Source: Vitrella brassicaformis CCMP3155 (lineage: Eukaryota; Protista; Chromerida). Taken from it: a DNA stretch of 64,000 bases. The translations under genes were made by a program, and so were the position numbers. Every line of letters begins with the position of its first letter. Position 1 is the first letter of the stretch. Below the pieces are notes generated by a model, which had not been told where the DNA came from, did not search any database, and worked only from the letters and a program-made list of their open reading frames with translations. Shown here one piece after another: positions 36,980 through 48,092 of this stretch. The stretch is from positions 62,001 through 126,000 of the forward strand of contig CDMY01000027.1 of NCBI GenBank assembly GCA_001179505.1, given 5' to 3'.

Positions 36980-37310
36980 GTGAGTGAGTGTGTGTTGGTG
37001 AGCGGTTGATTGTAAAATGCATGCATGGGGGCCCACGTGTACAGACAGATGTGAGATGAGAGGACGGAGGAGGCTTGTATAGTGTGTGTCTTACATGTCT
37101 GTGCAGTTGCTGTCAATGCTTGACTTGTGAATGCACTGACAGTCATTGACACAGTGGCTAATTCGACAACAAATGAATTCGATCCTGCCCCAGGGCGCGC
37201 CCCCCCCCCCAAAAAAAACAACAAAACAAAACGTTAAACCTTCAGATCTTCGGACGACTTCTTCACAAACCAGACCAGTGTGATGTGCGTTTCCGGCATC
37301 CGGATCCCAA

Positions 37311-37348
37311 AGCTCAAACGACACTGTGAAGCTCAAACGACACCGTGA
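37311..37348. repeat. 2 x 19-bp tandem repeat just upstream of a start codon
   Basis: agctcaaacgacactgtga / agctcaaacgacaccgtga (1 mismatch). Confidence 0.9.
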
Positions 37349-37371
37349 CATTGCTGGCGACCGCTTGTTCC

Positions 37372-40300
37372 ATGTCGTCTTTGAGAGGAGCTCCCGCGAC
37401 TCAGCAGCCCCCTCCATCAGCCGGCGATGAATGTGGAAACATACTCATCACCCTTTCGACGTCCAATCTCTCATCCCAATGGAGCGACCGCGAGAGCCAG
37501 ACTGAGAAGCCGACCCAAGAGGAGAAGCTTGAAACGCCCGGCTCTATGCTGCAACTGAAGTGCGAAGCACCATGTCCACCAGCAGTTGGAGCAGGTGACC
37601 ATCCGGCCCCATTGCGGCCTTCTCACTCACATTCCAGCCGGTATGATCTCTCTCTGTCTCGGCGCTCATGTGTGTCTGCAGGCGTACAACCTCGGTTGTG
37701 TGAAGCCCTCCCCATCCTCGACTCCCACATACGCCCTCGTTTGCAGCTGTGCACCACAGATGCGGTTGTTGACGGTAAGACGAGCGACGGCTTCTGCGAC
37801 GGTCTGCTGGCTAACACCCAGGAAGTGAACAGCAGCCAGAGAGGCCTGTGCCGCCCGGACACTAAACGAGTGTCTCTCGTTAGCAGAGCTGCTGTGACAA
37901 CGCGCAGTGCAGTCAACGACGGTTTGAAGGAAGACGAAGAAAGAGACGCCGGGCCAGACGACTCATGTGCTCGAGAGTTGCGACCTGAGGAGCGTGAAAT
38001 AGCTAAATTGGTGGCTGAGTTCAGGTAGCCAATGACTTGCTATACCGACACAAGTGAGTGCCCTTTTCTGACCTGGACTCTTCAGGAAGACAGCAGGCTA
38101 CGATGCTGCGTATGAAGAGGCAAGCGATCAAAGTAAAAAACTCACGCGGAACACTGCTGTTGTTGCTTCGTTATTTGTAGTTTGCGACGACATTAGAGTA
38201 CAGCCCAGTGCATGGCCCCGACGGCAGTAGAAGAGACATGCTTTGTGGCGCAAGCTTTGCGGCAGAACCGATGCGAAAGACGGCCAGGCGAGTGTGTAAG
38301 GTGATATTTGTGCAGTTGGCGGCCGCGTTTCTTATCACCATCGTTCTCGTCGGCTTCAGTTTGCTGTATGTCGACTCGTGTGAGTCACGCGTCTTCGGGC
38401 CCATCTTTGATGGCATCCGTCGCGTGGGGTTCTCTCTCGTCTGGATGCTGCTCTTGGTGCACGCTACTGATGGATGCGACTCACAACGGATGATTCTGCG
38501 GCTGAAAAGAGAATGGATCGTCTTTGTTCCAACATTGGCGCTCCACATTGTAGTCACTGTTCAGCATCAGCGCTCCCTCTCCGGGACCCGATGGGAGCGA
38601 CGGGTTGTCGTTTTTCTGCTTTGGCTCTCCAGCTATGCAGGTAGAGACACACAGGACGCACACCCGTCGAATCTCCCTGGCTTGTCCTTCATCTCTGCAC
38701 TGCTCAGCGCAAAGGCGGGTGTCCTGCAACACGATTGTCTTTTTCTTTTTGTGCAGCCACATATATTTACTTCCGTCGGGCAGCTGGGCAGCTGGGCATC
38801 AGGGCCAAGTGCGAGTTCGCATTGAAGGCCACGCTCCCCATCGCTACCACTTTCACTATGGCTATCATTTGGGTGGCTGTGCTCTCGCCCCGCTATGCTG
38901 TCTCGGATACTAAGAGTGGGAAACTCTACATAGCTTTCATCTTCCTCGCCGCAAGCTTACCTGCTGTCGCGCTTTCTTGCAAAGTCGTACGATCAATGAA
39001 GGCAAGTCGCAGCGTCCTTACGCACGGAAGAAGTTTAAGCTCTATACACTTCCTTCTGAATGATGGTGCATTGCATTCTATGTGCGCTTAGGAGGGCCTC
39101 CCTACATGCAACCCTTTACTGATAACAGCGCCCGTCATGGCGTATGTGCTATTCCCCAGGTGACTAATTTGGGCATACATTGATGTCTACCTTGATGCAT
39201 TTGGGGCGGCTCATATGTATCGATCCTCGGCTGTTCACCAGGATGTTACAGGCAGAGGCGATAAATCTGACCGACAAACTCTTGTACAGTCTTTTGATCT
39301 CCATGTACGCACACGATATGTCTCAAGATATCCATGTCTTCATGGCTGTGCTGTCTTATTTAGATTTGATCTGGTGGCAGACATCCTGGCCCCCTATTCA
39401 ATCCTACTGTACCTGCGGACCGAGAGATTCCTAAAAGGCTGGAGTTGCACACGGAAACGCCTCCTCACAGCTCATGACGTGACTGATACCTCGGTGACCG
39501 TGGCGGCGGCCAGTGAGGAGGCGATCGCGGGCCCATCAGCTGCTGAAAAGGATGCTGCAAGCAGCCCAATGAGTCATCAAAGTCACTCATTGCTGTCAGC
39601 AGCCCTCTCTTTCATCAGCACGGAGCCTAGAGGGATGAAGACATCTCAAGGGCTGCAGCTGGCTTTAGCGAGGCTCGAGGTCACACCACGGTATATCTGC
39701 AGTCAGTCTGCATTCATATGTAGTCGAATGAATTGATCCTCTGGGCGCCTCTCTCTCTCTCTCTCTCTCTTTCTGTCTGTCTGTCTGTCTGTCTGTCGGT
39801 GTCTCCGTCCTTTCGTCCGCATTTATCTGTCTCTCTGTCCGTCGTCGTTCATCCCTCTCTCCCTCCCTCCCTCCCTCCCTCCATTCATCGTCAGCTACCT
39901 GTAAAGCTATGGCTTTTGCCAGCTTGTACTTTCATTCTGTTATCCACTCTATTTCTTTTCCTTCTCTCCCAGGCGTTCTCTGGCCGAACAGGTGCACATT
40001 TGGTCTCTGACCGAGATGGTGGCGATGCTTTACACCAACGTAGGGGTCCTGGGCGCCTCTGTCCGCCGCAAAGGTATATCACCTCTTCACTTCCTCGAAG
40101 GCCTTGCCACCATTTTTGTGCTGATCCTCATTGAATGCACATTCGAGGCATTGGTAGGTATGCATATCGACTGCTTCTATCATTTGAATGATTGTGTTGG
40201 TTATCAGGTCTTTTCTGGATGGCGAGGTACAATTTGCCGGTTCTGATCAGCGTGTGCGAAGATGGCGTCACTCGTCGGCGAATCATAGCCTGTCTCGCTT

Positions 40301-40499
40301 CCGCTATATTCAGGTAGGACAAACAGCCGCGCGTTTACACGTCCAGAAACGAAATCTCTTTCCGTATCGCTGCATTTGCAGTGTGTTTCTATGGCTGGGC
40401 TTCCTGCACGTGTCTCTGTATCATGCACTACGAATCGATGGATGGCGCGAAGCCACTCCGACGACCGTGTGCCCCTATTTTTCATATCTACCCCTTTAA
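37372..40499 (+). CDS. Hypothetical multi-pass membrane protein with a disordered N-terminus (~10 exons)
   Basis: ORF 37372-38024 splices (AG|GTAGCC ... TACAG|C) in frame into hydrophobic exons: VIFVQLAAAFLITIVLVGFSLLY, FTMAIIWVAVL, PLLITAPVMAYVLFPR|MLQAE, IWSLTEMVAMLY, TIFVLILIECTFEAL, VFLWLGFLHV. Stop TAA 40497-40499. Confidence 0.65.
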
Positions 40500-40692
40500 C
40501 ACGGGGTGAAATTGGTTGGGCAACATGGTATCAGTGCGCCTACAGTGGAGCCGTTCCTTAGTGAAGTCTGAGACATGTCTAGGCTCTGTTCGAGTGAGTC
40601 TAATGTGAGCCTATGATTACAGTAAGTGTTGTACACAAGTGGCGCGCGAGGTCTCGTAGGGCATACGCAGGGATGGATGGACAGACGCATGG

Positions 40693-43233
40693 ATGAAGTC
40701 TGTACCTTACTGCGCGTATGCGTCACGTCGATCCGGCCCCAGGTGCGGCCCCGCACACACTGGCAATCGCTCCCTTCAGGTCCGTCGAATCAATGGAGCA
40801 CACGTGGTACAGCCGTCAGCCTATGCGGCAGACCAAGTGGCTCGAGCTCTTCTATCCTCACACGCTCACCCCTCTCCGACCACTGAACATCGCAGACGCA
40901 CAGCGGCCCCGGCTCACCTTCAGCACCTACCAGGATGCCCACCCACAGCCGTATGCAGTGGAGGCATGGCAGACAGACGACGCGCCAGAGAACGACCCCA
41001 CCGGCCGCCTCGATGTGCTGCAGACCAATTCGCGGCTGACCCCTGTGTCAGCGACACATTACAACGGCACGCAGCGGTTCATGGACCGATGTGAGCGGCA
41101 TAGGAAGGTCCGTGAGAAACGAGAGGCGGAAGAGGCGATGAGGAAGCAGGCAGAGGAGAAAAAGAGGGAGCAGGAGCGAAGGGCGAGGCACACCATCATG
41201 GCAAGCCCTCAGGAAGCTCGGAGGACGGCCAAGCGGGGGGTGCGGATGCTGGGCACTCAGGAGTCATTCGTTGACGGCCCACCGGCCACAGGTGATGCTG
41301 CCAGCAGGAGCAAGTCTGTGGTATCCCCTGCTGCTGCAGCCGAGAGCATCCCCAAGTCCCCAGTGGCAGCATCAGAGGCAACAACAGCTGCTCCCCCACC
41401 CCCAGCAGCGGCAGCAGCCCCACCAGAAAAGGAGGAGACATGGAGTGACTACAATGCATTGTCTGACGACGAGTGTGTCAGGGAGGGCTTCATTGACGAC
41501 GCTGAGCTCCATCGGGTCATATGTGAAGGCGACGACCGCCTTGAAGGGGCAGAGCTCAGCTACCACAGGTGGTTGGACCCTGCTGTATTTGAAGACATCG
41601 CTGCTTCTCAGACGGGCCTCACGCGGTTTGGGGCGGTGCAGTGCCAGATCAGCGACAATGCTGTGCAGCAGATCGTGACCAGCTGCCCTGGGTATGAAAG
41701 GCCGACCGGCGAGAGACGGATGGGAGGGCATCGGGTGGCGTGTGTGTGTGTCACAGCTTGACGTCTTTGGACCTGTCGGATTGCAGTCATCTGAAAGACA
41801 TCGGGCCAATACACACGCTCACAGTCAGACACACTGACACGAGACACACTGAGACGAAGGAACGGCAGAAATAGCAGAGCTGTGTCTCTTTGTCTGTCAT
41901 GTATGCAGCAATTGCGTGAGCTGAAGTTGTCACGATGTGCGAGTGCCGTCACTGACGCACGGTGGGCTGGTGGCTACCCACCTCACCTACCTACCCGCCC
42001 TTTGTGTATATATATGTGGGTGTGCCCTGCCCATCACAGAGTGGGTGCATTGTCAGCGTGTCCCCATCTGAGGGTGCTGGACCTCTCATACTGCCCACAG
42101 TTCACGGACAAAGGTATATACATGCATCTTACATAGACCCCCCCTCCCCGTTCTCCTCTCTCTCTTGATCAATGTCCGTGTGATTAGGTTTGCTGTCCAT
42201 GTCCGAGGGCGTCAAGAGTTTGGTGTGGCTGAACCTCAGCGCATGCAAAATCGGAGACGAGGTGAGGAAAGGGCGGCGTACACACAGCTACGTCGCGTGT
42301 CTCATGTGGCGGGTGTATGTATGTCCGTTTTTTTGTCAGGGTTTGGGGTCGTTGCTGAGTGGTAATCCGATGCTGGAGGTGCTGCGGCTGTCGATGTTGT
42401 GTGGAAACGAGTGTCTCACCGATGAGGGACTCTCACACGGACTAAGATGGACCAAACGACTCAAAGAGGCATGCACGCGCACAACACAAGACACACGCAA
42501 CCAGAGACACGCACACACAGACAGAGAGAAAGGGAGAGCAACTCACACACACGGAGACACACACATTCCTCTCTCGGTGTGCGTATGCAGGCGGACCTCT
42601 CTGGGACTCGACAGGTGGGGAGCCGTTCTCTGGCGGCCATTTGCCGTTATTGCAAAGAGCTCCAGTTGCTGTCGCTCGCCGGCTGTGTGCGCATCGGCGA
42701 CCAAGACATGATCAGTCTCAGCCAATCCAGGGGAGTCGCAAACCTCAGGCACATCGGTAGGTGACCTGCGTGGATTCCTATCGAAAGAGAAAAGGGCCCT
42801 CTCATTGTGTGTGTCTCCGGGTGTTTATGCGTAAGATCTGTGTGGGTGTGAGGATTTGTCCGCTGAGGGCGTGGGGCGGTTCCTGCGGGCGGGGGAGAAT
42901 CTGAGGTGTGTTAACCTCAACATGATCCCAGCCATCACCGAGGACGCTATCGAGGCCATGCAGGTAATACGTAAGGCTGAAATGATGCGATTGTTTTCCT
43001 TTTAGAGAGAAAAGGCAAAATGTCGTTCCTTCACATGATGTGTGATTATCTTGTCTTTTCAGTGTGATGTGGACAACGAGAGTTTGATGTGGGTGTACAG
43101 CCGCAGCAAGATGACGGACGCCAAGCACAGCGGCCTCAAGCTGCCCAACGCCCCACCCCCTAAGGAGAAGAAGGGCGGCAAGGGGAAAAAGGGCAAGGGC
43201 GGGGGCAAGAAGGGCGGCAAGAAGAAGAAATAG
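40693..43233 (+). CDS. Leucine-rich-repeat protein (FBXL/AMN1-type Cys-containing LRRs) with coiled coil and Lys/Gly-rich tail
   Basis: Repeats LRELKLSRC, LRVLDLSYCPQFTDKG, LVWLNLSACKIGDE, LQLLSLAGCVRIGDQD and LRCVNLNMIPAIT. Ends KEKKGGKGKKGKGGGKKGGKKKK*. Confidence 0.85.
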
Positions 43234-44045
43234 CTGATACAGACAAAGAGCCATCCACACCACATATCTTGGCGGACAGGACAAGGCGGAAGGTGTGTGT
43301 GTGGGGGGGGGATGCATGTGTTGACGGGCTAACCATTTGTTGTCGACCATTGTAATTAATTGTCTCATGTATGTACTATCAATGTCTCGTGTGTATACAC
43401 ACACTTGTCGGCCCTTCGTGGAGATCTCTGAGACCGCTTCTGGCAGCCAACCCAAGTGGTCTTCACTTGGTTGTTCACCAAGCGAACCACACTCGAGCGG
43501 GCCGCTGGAAGCGGTCACAGGGACACGCACCGACGATCCACACCCGCACATCAGCCATACATGCATCTGCCCTTTTCCGCTTTCTTGGCCCCTCTGTGTA
43601 GGCCTCTCACCTGTCTGTCATATACCTTTCCGTTGTCGGCTTTTGCCGCAGCAGCAACCGGCAGCAGAGAAGCACAAGGCAGAGAGGAAAGACGCGCAGA
43701 CAGCATCAGGCAGCGACACGACATATTTTGTTCCATAAAGCCTCATTGATCAACGACATCCACACAGAGATACAAGAGCGCCAAAACTGTCTGTCTGTCT
43801 TCATTGGCAAAACTCCTACCAATCTACCTGTCTGTCTGCCGTCTGTACGATTGAGCCCCCAGCTCAGGTCAAGTCATCAGGTCAGCCAAAAAGACAGAAA
43901 AAAGACACACACCAGACACGCCACACACAAGACACCAACACAACACAACACAACACAGCACGCCGCAAAAATAGGACGTGGTGGATAAAACACCCCCACA
44001 ATTGAACCCATGAACCAACCCATCAGTCGGTCTTTGTCCGTCCAT

Positions 44046-47000
44046 TCAGGCACTCTCCGACCGTCCGACCTCTCTCCCTCCTCCTCTGCCGTTCATCTCC
44101 CCACCTGCGTCAGCACCCCCACCCTCTGCATCCCCTGCATCGTCTGCCTCATCCATCGAGTACTCCAGCCGTATGGGTATCTCCTCGTTCACACCACCAC
44201 CACCACCACCAGGCCTCTCAGGTGACGATATCGCGTCGATGGATATAGAAGACGACCGCCGCCTGTACAGTGGCGGCGCCCAGGGGGACCCGTCCTCGCT
44301 CCAAGTGATGCTCGGAGAGCTGACAAACAGACGCACACACATAGCATACGATGGATAGGATAATATGTGCTGATCAACACACACAGCACGACACGACACA
44401 CGTATTGATTGATTCGTTTGCATACTGTGAGATGGCCGATAGGAGTTCGGGTTTGGCAGGGAATGAGGGGATCCGCTGCACTGTGACACCGTGGTGGGGG
44501 GAGGCCTCGGGCGACGCCTGTCCACCAGGAGCCAGCAGGGGGCTGTCCAATCCAGACAGGGGCTCCTCGTGACCTGCACACACCCATACACCCTCATGGG
44601 CATCTCTCTCTGTCTGTCTGTCTGTCTGTCTGTTTGTTTTCCTGACACGCACCGAATATCTGTTTTCGTTCCCAGACGAAGATGCATACGGCGAAGGTGA
44701 TGTAAGCGTACGAGAAGATGGCAGCAGCCTGATCGTACCCCAGGTACTCTGTGAGTATGCCACTCAGGAGGGGTGCCACACCCTCACCCAACGACAGGAA
44801 CATCACCACGACGGCTATCGTCTGCACACAACACTCACACATCCACACACCCTTTCAGCTAGGGAGAAGGAGTCGGGTATTTGCTGACCATTTCCTTTGC
44901 CTCCTCTCCCATGTCTTCGACATGCTGCTGCATCCACGGCACGGCTGGGACGAACGACATGCCGTTGCCGATGGCCGCGAGTGTCTGGCCGACCAGCTGC
45001 AGAACCCACGCCGCCACACTGTGATCTTTTACAATCCCGGGGCGATACAGAAAGGGAGACGGGCCTGACAAGAGGCACACACGCACACATAGAGTGGAAG
45101 GAGAGAGAGGGTATATTGCGTTACCCCCTTTCCCCGAAACGTATCCAGCTTACCTACCTAGCATTTGGTAGGCCACGAAGGCAATGACGAATCCCCATGC
45201 CGTCAGGCTGGGGTACAAGCCGTATGTGGATGCGACTCTTCCCGTGGCGACGGATGCCAGCATGTACACGAAGGATGTGAGAGCCATGACGATGCCCACG
45301 ACCCAGTCGGAGAGGGGACCGAAGAACGAGTGCAGATGAGGAGCCAGCACGGGGTCATAGAAGGTATACGTCTGCCACCCACGTAAGGTACGCACACAGA
45401 GACGTCAAGAGAACGGGCGGCCGTGGGCTCTCTCTCTCTCTCTCTCTCCGTGTGTGTGTTGGGNNNNNNNNNNNNNNNNNNNNNNNNNNNNNNNNNNNNN
45501 NNNNNNNNNNNNNNNNNNNNNNNNNNNNNNNNNNNNNNNNNNNNNNNNNNNNNNNNNNNNNNNNNNNNNNNNNNNNNNNNNNNNNNNNNNNNNNNNNNNN
45601 NNNNNNNNNNNNNNNNNNNNNNNNNNNNNNNNNNNNNNNNNNNNNNNNNNNNNNNNNNNNNNNNNNNNNNNNNNNNNNNNNNNNNNNNNNNNNNNNNNNN
45701 NNNNNNNNNNNNNNNNNNNNNNNNNNNNNNNNNNNNNNNNNNNNNNNNNNNNNNNNNNNNNNNGGGGGCTTACAGAAGAGGAGAGCAGCACAGCAATGCC
45801 AATAGTGACGACCGAGGGCCGCAAAACAGCCCAGAACGACACGTGGTGATGACGCTCATGCCCATGCTCATGCTCATGCTCATGTCCATGTCCAGCAGCA
45901 GTATGGGGCGGGTGTTGCTGACCGTCCCTCACGGCCACATCCACCGGTCGTGGTGGTGTGTATGACATCGATCCCTCCACCTCTACGGGCGTGCTTTGTG
46001 CGGATGTGGACGCCGTCTCCGCTGCCGATGGGCATGTGAAGACGTGCAGTCCGATGACTGCTGATGTGAAGAGGATGATGGCCTGGAACTCAAAGGGGGC
46101 CGCGAACCCCATCCAGCCGTAGAGAAACGCTCCTACTCACACATGAACACCACACATAATCCCCTACTCCCACACGTACGTGTGTGTGTGTGTGTGTGTG
46201 TTGATTGCAGTGGTGCCTCTCTCCCCTCTTCTCTCCTCTCCCTGCCTCTAGCTGTGTGTGCAATGCGTACCTATGACTCGTCCAGAGCAGCAGCCCAGCC
46301 CGATGGAGGTCTCCGTCAGCCCCACTCGGTAGGGGATGTCATGTGGGAACATCCTGGTGACCAGTGCGTACATGCTCTCGGTGTAGAGGGCCACCCCCAG
46401 GCCCTGCAGGCCTCGCAGGATGAAGTACAGGGGAAGGGAAGTCGTGAAGCCGAAGATCACGCAGGTCGCACCCATCAGCAGGAGGGACACGAACTGACCC
46501 ACAGGCGCCCCCACCCTGATCGACACACACACACACACACACAGAGTGGGCCATCCATCCATCCATCCATCCATCAGTGGGCAGGCACCCACCTACCTCT
46601 GTATGAATGTGCCGCAGAAGGGCGATGCCGCGAAGGATGCGAATGGGAAGAGGGCGAACAGCAGGCCTATCGTCGAGTCACCGATGCCCCGCTTGAGCAA
46701 GAGGGGCGGCAGGAAGGCCACGGCTATGTACTGGTGAGAAAACACCCAAAACGTGCAAAACATGCTGCACCAAAACGCGAAATTCCTGCAGATACACACC
46801 CACACCACACCACCCACGCACCACCCACGCATCCACTGACTGCCCTCCCTCCCTCCCTCCCTCCCTCCCTCCCGCTCCCACCCCACTCACTCACCTGTTG
46901 TATCTTGTGATGCCGGGCACCCTGCCATCCCCTTTGTGTTTGTCCTTTTTCGGGTTGTGTTGTTCATCGGATGGGAGAGAGGACGACAAGTCGATGGTGG

Positions 47001-47139
47001 GAGAGATGGGCTCGTCCGTGGTGGTTGGGCGGGCGTGGGTGAGGGTGGTGCACTCGCTCGGTGCCACATCACTGGTGTTGGTGTTGGCATCGGCGGTGTT
47101 GCCCGCAGCTGATGCTTTCATTGACGGATGCTCATCCAT
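44046..47139 (-). CDS. MFS transporter, SLC18B1-like (interrupted by an assembly gap)
   Basis: AFLPPLLLKRGIGDSTIGLLFALFPFASFAASPFCG, ILRGLQGLG, GLTETSIGLG, FYDPVLAPHL, SLGEGVAPLLSGIL; about 12 hydrophobic segments. Confidence 0.88.
45464..45763. other. Assembly gap (300 N) inside the MFS gene
   Basis: Run of n. Confidence 1.
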
Positions 47140-47254
47140 TCAACTCAGAGATGGGTGCCGAAAAAGATCGTCTGTGGATCTTGCCGCCAGTGTGGTGGTA
47201 GAGTGGAAGAGGCGGGATGGAGGTTCGCATCACCTTTTGCGAGCCTTGTGCGAG

Positions 47255-47334
47255 CCTAGCAGAAATGCGAGCTCTAAGGGTCCCACAGCGTCCCCTAGCA
47301 GAAATGCGAGCTCTAAGGGTCCCACAGCGTCCCC
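47255..47334. repeat. Perfect 2 x 39-bp tandem duplication in a divergent intergenic region
   Basis: cctagcagaaatgcgagctctaagggtcccacagcgtcc at 47255 and 47294. Confidence 0.95.
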
Positions 47335-47384
47335 GTCGCTTCGAATCCGGCGAGAATTGCAGCTTTCGCCCCTGAGTTGAGCCA

Positions 47385-48056
47385 ATGTATGCGCCACGAG
47401 GCCCTTACCCGCCACCTGCATCCCCGTATCAGCAGCACGATGGACCGCCCTTTGTGCCGATGGCCAGACCGCCGCCACTCGCGCCCACCTTCTCTGTTGG
47501 GCAGCCGGCTCCCCTCTCCCACACATCGAGCTACGCACCTTTGAGCGTTCCGTCGAACGCTTCATCAGCCGTGCCGATGATGCACTACTGCCCACCACCC
47601 CCGGCGCATCATCAGCGAGTGGATGCTGGTCGGTTCATGTCTGCTGACGTGAGGCCACCCATGGCACCCATGCACCTCTATGGCGGCCCCACCTCGCCGT
47701 ATGCATCACACCGGCCTCTGCCCCCTCCGGCGGCTCCTTCTGCTGCGGCTGCTGGTGCTGGTGCTGGTGGTGACCCTCTGTCGGCCACACCCACGATGAA
47801 CCATTTCACTTCTGTGGGCCATCGCCATGGTGCTGGCGGTGTTGGTGCGGGTCGTCCGAACGGGTGGCTGTATCAGTATCCCTACCCTCACCATGGCGGC
47901 AGTCCGCGGGTGGCGTTGCCCAAGGCAGAGGCGGGTGCCGTGGCCTTGCCGGGCGGCGGTAGCAGTGGCGGCATCAATGGCCGTGTGAGTGCGGGGCAGT
48001 TCATGTCACACACGGGGGCCGGGGCGACCAAGGCTGCGGCTATGGTGAGCGGATTG

Positions 48057-48092
<36 letters not shown>

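Noticed and set aside
47255-47334. CRISPR-like direct repeats (also 30425 and 37311)
   Set aside because: Only two adjacent copies, no spacers, no cas genes, and a eukaryotic context.
47338-47350. TTCGAATCC resembling a tRNA T-loop/B-box (also near 10852)
   Set aside because: It lacks the leading G of GTTC, and there is no cloverleaf or A-box.
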